Assembly (NCBI GenBank): GCA_024231025.1
Contig: JAAEQW010000120.1
Coordinates: forward strand, 2,324 to 66,323
Reading direction: 5' to 3'
Source of the DNA: Candidatus Omnitrophota bacterium
GTDB taxonomy: Bacteria; Omnitrophota; Gorgyraeia; Duberdicusellales; 4484-171
Length of the DNA: 64,000 nt
Shown: positions 45,918 through 55,448 of the stretch, piece by piece
Layout of the letters: each line of letters begins with the position of its first letter
Numbering within the stretch: position 1 is the first letter of the stretch
The notes under the pieces: generated by a model
Database searches by the model: none
The model's input: only the letters and a program-made list of their open reading frames with translations
What the model was told of the DNA's origin: nothing
Translations under genes and position numbers: made by a program

Positions 45918-46833
45918 AAAATCTTATCAAATTCTGTGTCGCCTCTAACTCCATCTGAATACGTGACTCTTTTGTCAAAGTAGCCACGTGAGGAGTTAAA
46001 ACAATATTCTCGATATCGCAAAGTTTTCCTTTATAAGGCTCTTGCCCAAAAACATCTAAGCCAGCACCAGCCAAATGGCCATCTTTTAAGGCATCGTATA
46101 AAGCATTCTCATCAACAAACTGACCACGGGCAACGTTAATCAGCATTGCGCCTTTCTTCATAGAAGAAATTTCTTTCTTGCCCAAAACAAATGGAGCGTC
46201 TTCTCTGAAGGTAATATGAATACTTACAATGTCACAAGCTAAAAGCAATTGGTCAAGGGCAATAATTTTTACGCCTGCCTGCTTTGCCCAATCAAGATCT
46301 GGCGCAATATCGCATCCATAAACCTTTGCGCCTAAAGATCTTATAAGTTCGGCTGTGCGCCGCCCTATTCTTCCTAAACCAATAATGCCAAATGTCTGTT
46401 CACTTAAAAGATTGCCGGTTTTTTTCTCCCAGCGCCCAGCCTTCAGAGATGCCGTTTGAACTGAAACCCTCTTCAAAAGATCAAAAGCAAATCCAACGGT
46501 CAACTCAGCAACCGGCTGGCTGACAACATCAGGCGTATTGCGCACAGCTATACCCCTTTGTTTAGCTTTATCAAGATCAATATTATCAATTCCAACGCCT
46601 AGGCGCGATATGCACTTTAACTTTGGCATGCTCTCGATGACTTGTGAATTAAACGGTTCAAGGCCAGCTATTGCTCCCTCGCAATCACCACCCATATCCA
46701 TAAGCTCATCGGCTGTTAACCGACGACCAAGCGAGTTTATGCGATAGCTCAAACCGCTTCGATCCAAAAGTTTAAGCGGCTGATCACCGTGTTTAGCAAA
46801 TGTTGATGCCGAAATAAATATCTGTCCCTTCAT
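45901..46833 (-). CDS. D-isomer-specific 2-hydroxyacid dehydrogenase (phosphoglycerate dehydrogenase-like)
   Basis: RLGVGIDNID, GLGRIG, INVARG, LDVFGQEP and LTPHVA motifs; no ACT domain. Confidence 0.9.
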   Translation of the reverse strand: MKGQIFISASTFAKHGDQPLKLLDRSGLSYRINSLGRRLTADELMDMGGDCEGAIAGLEPFNSQVIESMPKLKCISRLGVGIDNIDLDKAKQRGIAVRNTPDVVSQPVAELTVGFAFDLLKRVSVQTASLKAGRWEKKTGNLLSEQTFGIIGLGRIGRRTAELIRSLGAKVYGCDIAPDLDWAKQAGVKIIALDQLLLACDIVSIHITFREDAPFVLGKKEISSMKKGAMLINVARGQFVDENALYDALKDGHLAGAGLDVFGQEPYKGKLCDIENIVLTPHVATLTKESRIQMELEATQNLIRFFETNK

Positions 46834-47618
46834 GCGATCTCTCCTTTAAGTTGTGCTATTTTTTCGTAAAAATCTTTTTGAGTTAAGTCATTTCTTAAAA
46901 TATCCTCTACACTCGCTACATCATCTTCTCGATCTACACCCACTGTTCTCTGGGAGTATATTACTCCTCTTATTGAGTAGCCATGCTCTAAGATGCGTAA
47001 AAAATCGACTGACTCCACCACCTCTTTTGGCGTAGGATCAAGACGAGAAAATTTATGTAAAAATTCTTTAGTAAATGCCGATATGCCTGTTTGACGATAC
47101 ATAGGACATTTATCATCAACTCTAAAGTAAGGTATTGGCGATCTGGAAAAGTACATCACATCATTTTTATTATTGATCACTGCCTTAACAATATCAATAT
47201 CGTCCAAATCTGCCTTATCTTCAATGACTGATAACAGGTTTGTGCAAATCATTGAATCACACTCAAACATGGGCTTTACCAAAACCTCTAAAACCTGCGG
47301 ATCAAACAAGGGTTCATCACCCTGGACTATTACAACAATATCAGCATCCAGATCCATTGCCGCCTCATCAACCCTGTCAGTACAACGTTGGTGAGTATCT
47401 TTTGTCATAACAGCCTTACCACCGGAGTTGTTCACTACGTCAAAAATCTCTTTATCGCAAGTGGCAACATATGTTTGGTCTATCACCTTTGACAAAGATA
47501 CTCTTCTTCTTACATGTTCGATCATCGGCAGATCTAATATTTTTGCCAAAGGTTTACCTGGAAAACGCGAAGCAGCCATCCTGGCTGGTATTATTGCAAC
47601 AACTTTTTTCTTACTCAT
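46830..47618 (-). CDS. CMP-Kdo synthetase-like cytidylyltransferase (KdsB family)
   Basis: IIPARMAASRFPGKPL, TDRV, VQGDEP and YFSRSPIPY motifs; start refined to the ATG overlapping the upstream stop. Confidence 0.88.
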   Translation of the reverse strand: MSKKKVVAIIPARMAASRFPGKPLAKILDLPMIEHVRRRVSLSKVIDQTYVATCDKEIFDVVNNSGGKAVMTKDTHQRCTDRVDEAAMDLDADIVVIVQGDEPLFDPQVLEVLVKPMFECDSMICTNLLSVIEDKADLDDIDIVKAVINNKNDVMYFSRSPIPYFRVDDKCPMYRQTGISAFTKEFLHKFSRLDPTPKEVVESVDFLRILEHGYSIRGVIYSQRTVGVDREDDVASVEDILRNDLTQKDFYEKIAQLKGEIA

Positions 47619-48364
47619 AATGGCATCACTCCACAATCAACATTTATTGATTGCCCGGTTATGGCTGAGCTTGAGTTTGAAGCTAAAAATAGACAGCTGT
47701 CGGCCACCTCTTTTGCCTGCGGCAAACGCTTTAAACCCGATTGAGATTTAGCAAAACTACTTAAGTAACTTTTAATATTTTTACCTGCCGTTGGTGACAC
47801 CTTACTTTTTAGAGCCTGCAGCAAACCTTTGGTCTCGATATACACCGGGCAAATTGCATTAACCCTTATTCCATCCTTACCCAGCTCCTTTGACAAAGCT
47901 TGAGTCAATCCGGTTACTCCAAATTTAGAAGCGCAATATACAGAGTTATTCGCGCTACCCCGACGACCAGCAAGGCTCGAAATATTTATTATAGCTCCAC
48001 CTTTATTCAAGCTCTGTGCTGCAACCTTACATCCTAAAAAAGTACCTTTTAAGTTAGTATCGATCATGGCATTCCAAAAATCATTAGTTACCTTGCCAAT
48101 CGGTGACCATTTAGAAAAACCTGCGCAGTTAATATAAACATCCAAGCGCTTGGTCCATTTTTTTGCTGACTGGACCACCTTTTGGTGATCACTCTCTTTG
48201 CGTACATCACACTTGATGAAGCGAACATCTTCACCCAACTCTCTTGACAACCCTGTGTCGGTGCGAGCAGCAACAACAACTCGATATCCGGCCTGTGCAA
48301 AGCTGCGAGTTATTTGGGCCCCTATACCCTTATTCCCGCCAGTAATAACTACAGTTTTTTTCAT
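47615..48364 (-). CDS. Short-chain dehydrogenase/reductase
   Basis: TGGNKGIG, NCAG and YCASK motifs. Confidence 0.9.
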   Translation of the reverse strand: MKKTVVITGGNKGIGAQITRSFAQAGYRVVVAARTDTGLSRELGEDVRFIKCDVRKESDHQKVVQSAKKWTKRLDVYINCAGFSKWSPIGKVTNDFWNAMIDTNLKGTFLGCKVAAQSLNKGGAIINISSLAGRRGSANNSVYCASKFGVTGLTQALSKELGKDGIRVNAICPVYIETKGLLQALKSKVSPTAGKNIKSYLSSFAKSQSGLKRLPQAKEVADSCLFLASNSSSAITGQSINVDCGVMPL

Positions 48365-48378
48365 TTATAAATCCTTTT

Positions 48379-49158
48379 TTAAATGGTCATACTTGAAAAT
48401 CCGCCATCAACAGCAATCTCAGCACCAGTAACAAAGCTTGCCGCATCAGAACATAGCCAAATAACAGCTCCAATAAGCTCTGAGGGCTTCCCGTAACGCT
48501 TCATAGCCGTATGCCCCAAAATCGCTGCTTCTCTTTCTTTTGTGATAAAATTCTTTTTACTCCACTCTGTGGGAAAAAATCCTGGACGAAGAGCATTGAC
48601 TCTAACACCCTTGGTTGCCCATTCACGAGCTATATTTTGCGTAATATTTTTAACACCAGACTTAGCCACTGAATATGCAAAAGCCTTTGATAGTGGCGGC
48701 CCGGCTGATGCTGAAGAAATATTTATAATTGATCCACTGCCATTTTTAAGCATATGCTCTCCAAAAACCTGACAGCCTAAAAAAGTACCGGTTAAATGAA
48801 CTTCTATTATGGAATTCCATTCATCCAGTGGTATATCTAAAAATGGTGTAGGAGCATTAATGCCTGCGCCGTTTATCAAGATATCCACCTTACCAAACTC
48901 TAGGCTTGCCTTATCAAGAACTTGAGCATGCTCTTCTTTTGTAGTAACCCCGCTTACCACTCCAACGACTTTACCACCGTCTTTTTTAATTTCACTGACC
49001 TTTTCATCAACTCTCTTTTTATCATTGTCGACTATCACCACAGATACCCCTGACTTGGCTAAGGCACAGGCCATTGTGCCGCAAAGAAATCCCCCGCCAC
49101 CGGTTATAACTGCAACCTTGTCTTTAACGGTAAAAAGTTCTCCAACATATTCTGACAT
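48379..49158 (-). CDS. Short-chain dehydrogenase/reductase (sugar-acid dehydrogenase-like)
   Basis: TGGGGFLC, NGAG, YSVAK and RVNALRPGFFP motifs. Confidence 0.88.
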   Translation of the reverse strand: MSEYVGELFTVKDKVAVITGGGGFLCGTMACALAKSGVSVVIVDNDKKRVDEKVSEIKKDGGKVVGVVSGVTTKEEHAQVLDKASLEFGKVDILINGAGINAPTPFLDIPLDEWNSIIEVHLTGTFLGCQVFGEHMLKNGSGSIINISSASAGPPLSKAFAYSVAKSGVKNITQNIAREWATKGVRVNALRPGFFPTEWSKKNFITKEREAAILGHTAMKRYGKPSELIGAVIWLCSDAASFVTGAEIAVDGGFSSMTI

Positions 49159-49171
49159 AATTAAACTCCCC

Positions 49172-49807
49172 TTAATTATTTAACAAAAAATTTTGAACTT
49201 GGGCCATGTTATTAAATATTGGAACATCGTCTCTACCAAATGGTTTCTTGCTATCGCGACCAATAAAGAATGTTTCTGTATCTTGCGCACTCTTTAAATC
49301 CTCAGGTGTATCGCCAATAAAAACCATATCGCCCAGAGAAACGCCTTCTCGCCCTGCAATATCTTTTAAAGTATCAACTTTAACCCAGGGATAGGCATAA
49401 ACATCTTTAAAATACTTGGCAATGCCTCGCTTATTAAGTATGCGCATAAATTCATCTTTTGGATTAACTGTAGCAATATACATCGGAACCTTATCATAAA
49501 AATAATCTAAAAAATCCATTGCCCCATCAACATAGGGGCAAGCTATGATAGATTTTAAAACATAGTCCGAATATTGCGCACACATTTGATCTTCTAGCTG
49601 TTGAGTATATGTTTTATTCAGAATATGCTCAGTTATATATTTAAATTTTGTATACCTTATAGTTGCGTTGTTGGCAAGATGATAGCGCATTATCTCATCT
49701 ATCTTATCAGGATAATTTTTAAAAAGATCTTCGAAAGCCTTATCCTTTATACCAACAGACTCAACCAAAGTACCGTCAAAGTCTAAAGCTATAACCTTAA
49801 ATTGCAT
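49172..49807 (-). CDS. HAD-superfamily phosphatase
   Basis: LDFDGTLVES (motif I) and FIGDTPED (motif IV). Confidence 0.88.
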   Translation of the reverse strand: MQFKVIALDFDGTLVESVGIKDKAFEDLFKNYPDKIDEIMRYHLANNATIRYTKFKYITEHILNKTYTQQLEDQMCAQYSDYVLKSIIACPYVDGAMDFLDYFYDKVPMYIATVNPKDEFMRILNKRGIAKYFKDVYAYPWVKVDTLKDIAGREGVSLGDMVFIGDTPEDLKSAQDTETFFIGRDSKKPFGRDDVPIFNNMAQVQNFLLNN

Positions 49808-49808
49808 A

Positions 49809-50588
49809 TTAACTTACTATTCCTTGCATCTTCTTACCCCACTCTAACAAAATAAAAATATCAGATGCCAAAACCACAAATGTGTACCCTTGATCAAATT
49901 TTTCACAAACACTTTTTTTACAAGGAGTTATATCCTGGGTTCCACACCCCTTGCCAAACTTTTTACAAGCATCAATTACCCGACCGGCTGCTTTTTTAAC
50001 CTTAGCATGCTCAATCTGCCCTGGTATCCCTAATGATCCTGATATATCATAAGGACCGATCATTACTCCATCAATAGCATCAACCGAAAGTATCTTATCA
50101 ATATTATCTACCGCGGTTATTGACTCTATCTGCACGATTAAAAACCCCGACTCATTCCAATCATTAATATACTGGTCAAAATCAAACCCATAACCTTGGG
50201 CACGAGAGATGCCAAATCCACGAATACCCTGTGGCGGATACTGCATCCACGAAGCTATCTCTCTTGCTTGGCTTGCAGTTTCAACCATTGGGACAATAAG
50301 ACCGTCGGCTCCAGAATCAAGCAGACGTTTGATCATCTCCATATTGTGCGTAGCTACTCTCGGCAAGCATAATGAGCCGCCGGATTGGCTTGCAGCAATA
50401 ATCCTCTGGGACTGCTCCTGGCTAATTGTACTATGTTCAATGTCAATTCCTATAAAATCAACACCAATCTTAGCGAACATTTCGGTAACCGATGGGTGGG
50501 CCAGAGACGTCCAAGCCGCAAACATGGTTTTACGACTTCTTAACTTGCCCTTAAGCTCGAATCTCTTCTGATTTAATTTTTTGGTCAT
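49809..50588 (-). CDS. HpcH/HpaI class II pyruvate aldolase
   Basis: IDIEHS, LDSGADGLIVPMV, YPPQGIRG, QIES and IGPYDISGSLG motifs. Confidence 0.92.
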   Translation of the reverse strand: MTKKLNQKRFELKGKLRSRKTMFAAWTSLAHPSVTEMFAKIGVDFIGIDIEHSTISQEQSQRIIAASQSGGSLCLPRVATHNMEMIKRLLDSGADGLIVPMVETASQAREIASWMQYPPQGIRGFGISRAQGYGFDFDQYINDWNESGFLIVQIESITAVDNIDKILSVDAIDGVMIGPYDISGSLGIPGQIEHAKVKKAAGRVIDACKKFGKGCGTQDITPCKKSVCEKFDQGYTFVVLASDIFILLEWGKKMQGIVS

Positions 50589-51270
50589 TGTTTACCTCTG
50601 ATTTTGCTGCATCATTTAAAAACATTTGCACCGTCTCTTTAGTATACGGATGCACAATCATCCCCTCAACTAACTTAGGTAACGCAGTTACAATATGAGC
50701 GCCAGCGTGCAACCACTCAATAATATTGAGAACTTCGCGAGTTGAGCCAATTATAATCTTTGCCTTCAGCTGAAAGTCGTCGAGAAGTTTGCGTAATTTT
50801 TTAATCTCTTCGATTGAGCTATAACCCATGTTGTTAACCCGGCCACCGAACAAAGAAACATAAGTAGCTCCTGCCATAGCTGCCACAAAGCATTGTTGCG
50901 CACTCATCATTGCTGTCACATTAACCCGAACGTTATGCATTGTCTCAAGCTCATGCACAACAGCTAAGTTATCCAACTCACCATTGGGGCCATGCACAGT
51001 AATCTTCACATTGATATTCTCGGCAAGAGAAGCAAAATACTTACCTTGAGCGATCATCTCTTTGCGATCGTTGGTTGTAACCTCAATAGAAAGCGGATAA
51101 GGATGAATAAGCTCCGCGATCTGGACTGCCACCTTTTCTACGGCGGCGATACCGCCGCGAACACCATCTTTAAGTAAAATCGTTGGATTAGTGGTAACTC
51201 CTCGAATTACCCCTAACTCATGAAACTTTTTGATGTCCTCTAACTTTCCTGTGTCTAAAAATATTGCCAT
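50551..51270 (-). CDS. Transaldolase (TalC/FSA subfamily)
   Basis: FLDT, GVTTNPT, Schiff-base VKI, YVSLFGGR; the E (SIEV) and F residues are of the transaldolase type. Confidence 0.88.
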   Translation of the reverse strand: MAIFLDTGKLEDIKKFHELGVIRGVTTNPTILLKDGVRGGIAAVEKVAVQIAELIHPYPLSIEVTTNDRKEMIAQGKYFASLAENINVKITVHGPNGELDNLAVVHELETMHNVRVNVTAMMSAQQCFVAAMAGATYVSLFGGRVNNMGYSSIEEIKKLRKLLDDFQLKAKIIIGSTREVLNIIEWLHAGAHIVTALPKLVEGMIVHPYTKETVQMFLNDAAKSEVNNDQKIKSEEIRA

Positions 51271-51292
51271 AACAAACCTCCTCTAAAAATTT

Positions 51293-51898
51293 TTACTTCG
51301 CCGATAAAGTAGTCTCCCACTTATTACCCATAACCATTACTCGTGGATCAGAAACAATCATATGCCAAATAATAGCCTGAAAAGCTTCTGCCTGTGGGGT
51401 TAACATATTAGGCTGCGAAGCCGGCATCACAATACAAACATCCGCAACTTTTGGCGTATAACCGCCGGTTCTACCTACAATACCAAAAATCTTTGCCTTT
51501 TGTGATTGAGCGTACTCTAAAGCTTCAACGATATTGGTACTAATATTTTTCTCCTTATTGCCTCCGCCTACAGAAAATACCATAATGCCATCATTAGCGT
51601 TTAGCCTACTTCCCTTAAGCCATCCGCTAAAAATTGTGCTCCATCCTTCATCGTTAGCTCGAGCCGTAAGCTCAGCTACATTATCCACAGGCGAGTAAGC
51701 CTCAAAACCACCAATTTTACGAAAATCGTTTACCGCATGGGCACAGTTAGCTGCACTGCCACCTACGCCGATAAAAAATAGTCGTCCACCTTTTTTGCGT
51801 ATATCCAGCAATAAGGCAATCATCTCTTCCAATTGATCCCTGTCAACCGCGTTCAGGATATCCACGATACTTTTTAAATAATCATTTGCATACGACAT
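51293..51898 (-). CDS. SIS-domain phosphosugar isomerase (GmhA-like)
   Basis: GVGGSAANCAHAVNDFRK, LTARANDEGW and SVGGG motifs; start refined to 51898 (AGGAGG RBS). Confidence 0.85.
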   Translation of the reverse strand: MSYANDYLKSIVDILNAVDRDQLEEMIALLLDIRKKGGRLFFIGVGGSAANCAHAVNDFRKIGGFEAYSPVDNVAELTARANDEGWSTIFSGWLKGSRLNANDGIMVFSVGGGNKEKNISTNIVEALEYAQSQKAKIFGIVGRTGGYTPKVADVCIVMPASQPNMLTPQAEAFQAIIWHMIVSDPRVMVMGNKWETTLSAK

Positions 51899-51911
51899 AG
51901 TATAGCCTCCT

Positions 51912-52859
51912 TCAATTACTACCATTAGCCAACCGCGCCAAGCGATGTTGTGCTGGCCCATCATATAAATAATAGGCTGGTGGCATGCACTTATAGTATT
52001 TTTGTTGCCATGGGCACAATTCATCAACGATAATTTCATCATCGCTTCTCCATGGATAATCAAAAAAACGCGTCACTGTACCATCCGGCAGCATTTTTTC
52101 TACTCGATTGCAACAATATATATACGGATTAATGATCTTGGATGCGCGCAAAATACGAAAATATTGATCAATAATTTCAGGATTCATCTCCTGGAATGAA
52201 GCAATATTAGCAGCTAAACCAATAGGGCTGCCTGATAGCAATTCGCAGTTATCTGCCTGCAATGCAATAACCGAAACTTTTTTATCGCGAAGAGCTAATT
52301 GCATTTGATCTGCATTTTCGACCAAAGCCAACGATACACCTTTATTTGCCTTCAAGATACACGCTATATCTACCGCTAAAACTGGGGTTAAATTAACACA
52401 AATTATCTTAGTAATTTTGTTGCTCGGCAAGCAAGATAACAACATATTTGTCAAATTAGCGAACCCATCGCCAATTATACAAATATTGCCAGATAATTCA
52501 TTTAAACTTATCTTCTCCATCAGAAACGCCAAAGTCAAAGCCTGACGCAACTGATCAAGGTCAAAACATCTCCCCTGTTTTTTTGCAATCGCTTTACCGC
52601 TCTTGCAAATTTCTTGAATAAGATTCTTTTGTCCCCATCGATAATATGGCTTTTGCATCAAATGATGTACAAAATTAATAGAAAAATTATACTTTCTGTT
52701 ACCGCCAAAACCCTTCATTCCAGAAAAATTTCCATCATTAAAAGAAAAATCTTTCAAATAAAACTGCCAGTGAGAAGACCGCCCTTCCTCTAAATTATTC
52801 GCCAAAACTGCCAGTCGTGATATTGCTTCATCATTAAATTTTAATTGATCGGTAATCAC
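51912..52859 (-). CDS. Putative sugar O-methyltransferase
   Basis: SSHW, IIGDGFANL and NIASFQEMNPEIIDQYF pattern, typical of putative sugar O-methyltransferases in polysaccharide loci. Confidence 0.7.
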   Translation of the reverse strand: MITDQLKFNDEAISRLAVLANNLEEGRSSHWQFYLKDFSFNDGNFSGMKGFGGNRKYNFSINFVHHLMQKPYYRWGQKNLIQEICKSGKAIAKKQGRCFDLDQLRQALTLAFLMEKISLNELSGNICIIGDGFANLTNMLLSCLPSNKITKIICVNLTPVLAVDIACILKANKGVSLALVENADQMQLALRDKKVSVIALQADNCELLSGSPIGLAANIASFQEMNPEIIDQYFRILRASKIINPYIYCCNRVEKMLPDGTVTRFFDYPWRSDDEIIVDELCPWQQKYYKCMPPAYYLYDGPAQHRLARLANGSN

Positions 52860-52874
52860 CGTGGATACCTCCTT

Positions 52875-53888
52875 TTAGCCATTTTTCCTTATAACGATTC
52901 GTGCATAAGAACTTAACAAATTCGTCTGCAAAAACTCCTGAAAAGCCTGCCGAACAGAGTCGTCACCATCAACAATCATATTTTGCACAAATTTCGGCAA
53001 GGTAACATCAGGATTACGCCCCGCAGTGGCTTTAACATTTTCAACATCAAGAATGCCTGGAGTACTAAATTCCAAACATTCAAAGTTATGCCGAGTAAAT
53101 AAATTACGAAAGCCCTTTACGGAAAAAACATTAAGTCTATCCGGAGCAAATAAGTTTTCCGACTTATCCCAAAGTACTTGAAAATCAAAACCAGACGCTA
53201 AAATTGAAGTGATGAAACAAATTCCGCCAGGTTGGAGCATTTGACTCACTTTTTGGAAAAGTAAATTTATATCTGAGGTATGATCGCAAACTTCAAAAAG
53301 TGAAACAACATCAACATCACCTTCAAGCTCAATGCTATCTAGGCCTTTATCAACTATACTAAGATCTTTTTTTTCTGAATTAATTTGCAGAAAAGGGTTT
53401 ATCAATGTTTTCCGATCAAAAACTTGAGATTTCTCTATCGCTTCAATATAGACTTCTTGATCAGTATTTATATCGACATAGTGTTTTTGATTATCTAAAT
53501 ACTCTAAGGTAGAGTCTTCAATCCAAGCGAATCGTGGGTTTACAATCTTATTCTTACGAGTCTTATCCGTAGAGCGAGTGAGCCTTTCGCGCCATAGAAT
53601 GCGTGCCGGCGATTCCCTATAGTAACGAACAATATCGTTATCCGCCGGCCGCGGAGATATGTAAAGCGTACCGCAATTCTCACACTCATTATATTTTAAA
53701 CCGAACTTCTCAAAAGTTGTAGAAACCTGCTGACTTCCGCAGCCGGGACAGGTACATTTATTAAGTTCGCTATTGGTCAAGAAAAAACTCTGGATACTTT
53801 CGGCAGTAAGCTTAACATAGTCGTTAAACATCTCTGCTGGTTTTAGATCAACACCATTATACCGATCAAAAATAACAACACTTTTCAC
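52875..53888 (-). CDS. Zn-ribbon class I methyltransferase-like protein with degenerate SAM motif
   Basis: CPGC...CENC..LYISPRP; DVVSLFEVCDH; LQPGG; STPGILDV. Confidence 0.7.
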   Translation of the reverse strand: MKSVVIFDRYNGVDLKPAEMFNDYVKLTAESIQSFFLTNSELNKCTCPGCGSQQVSTTFEKFGLKYNECENCGTLYISPRPADNDIVRYYRESPARILWRERLTRSTDKTRKNKIVNPRFAWIEDSTLEYLDNQKHYVDINTDQEVYIEAIEKSQVFDRKTLINPFLQINSEKKDLSIVDKGLDSIELEGDVDVVSLFEVCDHTSDINLLFQKVSQMLQPGGICFITSILASGFDFQVLWDKSENLFAPDRLNVFSVKGFRNLFTRHNFECLEFSTPGILDVENVKATAGRNPDVTLPKFVQNMIVDGDDSVRQAFQEFLQTNLLSSYARIVIRKNG

Positions 53889-54910
53889 TTATAAACCTCC
53901 TGGTATGTTTGAGAATCAATGTAGGCTTTCTCAATAATCTTCATTACCTTTAATGCATCCTGTGATGAACTAATATCAACTGTTTTATCCTGATCAATGC
54001 AATCTAAGAACTCTTTAACCTCTAAATCCCAAGAGAGATCGCGATCAAAATGAGTGATCTCTTCCTCAGGATTACCCACAGCGTAAGCTTCATCCTCAAA
54101 CTGACGTTTACCCAAGATTAACCGCTCACGGCCATAGCTACCGCTCTTTGAAAGAAGACCCTCTACCGTCGCGTATCCTTCCTCTAAAATCATTTCCAAT
54201 TTAAAAGTATGCTTCCATAAAGTAGCAGAAGAGTGTAGCGAAGCTGTCTGACCGCTTTTGTTTTTCATAATCATGTGAGCGTTGTCTTCGATAGCAAACT
54301 TCCAAAAGGAGTTACTAGTAAAACACTTAACTTGTTCAAAATCATTACAAAAATAAAGAAACAAATCTAGCATGTGAATACCCTGGTCGAGCAAAATTCC
54401 ACCCCCGGAAACACTACGATCATTACGCCAGGAGCTGGGAAAATTTTTGCCACCAGATTTACCATAAACACCTCTGAGAGATACTATATCCCCAAGTCTG
54501 CCACTATTAATAATCGCTCTAGCCTTTATGATTCCTGGATGGAAACGATGATTAAAGCCAAACATTAGCTTTATTTTTTTATTACGCTTTTCGCTTTTTA
54601 TAATATCTTCTATATCTTTTACATCGCGACCAGGCGGTTTTTCGCAAAAAATATGCTTACCGGCATTCATCCCGGCTATACACAACTCAGGCGAAGAAGA
54701 GTTAGGCGTACAAACAAAAACTATGTCTAAAACATCTTTAAAGATATCCTCAGCTTTATCATAAAGCCTGCAACCCGTAATTTTACTACGTATTTGGGAA
54801 TTAACCTCAAAAATGCCAACAAGCTCCAAGCAAGGATTAGCCTCAATAACCTTTCTTCTAATCTCTCCCATATAACCATAACCGATAATCGCTGCTTTCT
54901 TAACTTTCAT
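53885..54910 (-). CDS. Gfo/Idh/MocA family oxidoreductase
   Basis: GYGYMG, HIFCEKP, GFNHRF and GGGILLDQGIHMLD motifs. Confidence 0.92.
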   Translation of the reverse strand: MKVKKAAIIGYGYMGEIRRKVIEANPCLELVGIFEVNSQIRSKITGCRLYDKAEDIFKDVLDIVFVCTPNSSSPELCIAGMNAGKHIFCEKPPGRDVKDIEDIIKSEKRNKKIKLMFGFNHRFHPGIIKARAIINSGRLGDIVSLRGVYGKSGGKNFPSSWRNDRSVSGGGILLDQGIHMLDLFLYFCNDFEQVKCFTSNSFWKFAIEDNAHMIMKNKSGQTASLHSSATLWKHTFKLEMILEEGYATVEGLLSKSGSYGRERLILGKRQFEDEAYAVGNPEEEITHFDRDLSWDLEVKEFLDCIDQDKTVDISSSQDALKVMKIIEKAYIDSQTYQEVYK

Positions 54911-55448
54911 TCAAAACCACCTCTGTTCTTTTCATCACATAATCAACCAACTTTTTAACCGATTCTGCTGCTGTTTCTTTTTCCGAATCTATTATTAGGT
55001 CCGGCATTGTCGGCGCCTCATAATCCACTCCACCAAAACCGATTAGATCGATTATTTCGCGATCTTTAGCTTTACAATACAAGCCCTTCACATCACGTTG
55101 GGTTACGCAACCTAAGCCAGCGCTAAAATAAATTTCATAAAAATTGGGTGCTAGCTTAGAGCAAGCATCGCTACGGGATACTTTAAACGGCGATATTATA
55201 GGTACCATGATGACATCATAGCTATCTTTATTTTCTTCACAAATTAAAGTAATCAAACGATTATTCTCTTTGATATCTTCCGGAGTAAAGCTCAAATGCT
55301 GGTGATACCTTTCTCGTACCTGATCGCCGTCTACGATAAATGTCATCAGACCTTTCTTTTCTAAAACTTTAGCCGCCTGCACGGCAACGGTTGTTTTGCC
55401 TGAACCGGAAAGCCCCGTAAACCAAAAAATGTTAGAGTTTTTTTTCAT
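54900..55448 (-). CDS. cysC: Adenylyl-sulfate kinase
   Basis: WFTGLSGSGKTT, DGDQVR, ISPF and RDVKGLY motifs. Confidence 0.93.
   Translation of the reverse strand: MKKNSNIFWFTGLSGSGKTTVAVQAAKVLEKKGLMTFIVDGDQVRERYHQHLSFTPEDIKENNRLITLICEENKDSYDVIMVPIISPFKVSRSDACSKLAPNFYEIYFSAGLGCVTQRDVKGLYCKAKDREIIDLIGFGGVDYEAPTMPDLIIDSEKETAAESVKKLVDYVMKRTEVVLNES

Noticed and set aside
51899-52063. Extended N-terminus of the SIS protein overlapping the O-methyltransferase gene
   Set aside because: Homology and an AGGAGG RBS support the start at 51898
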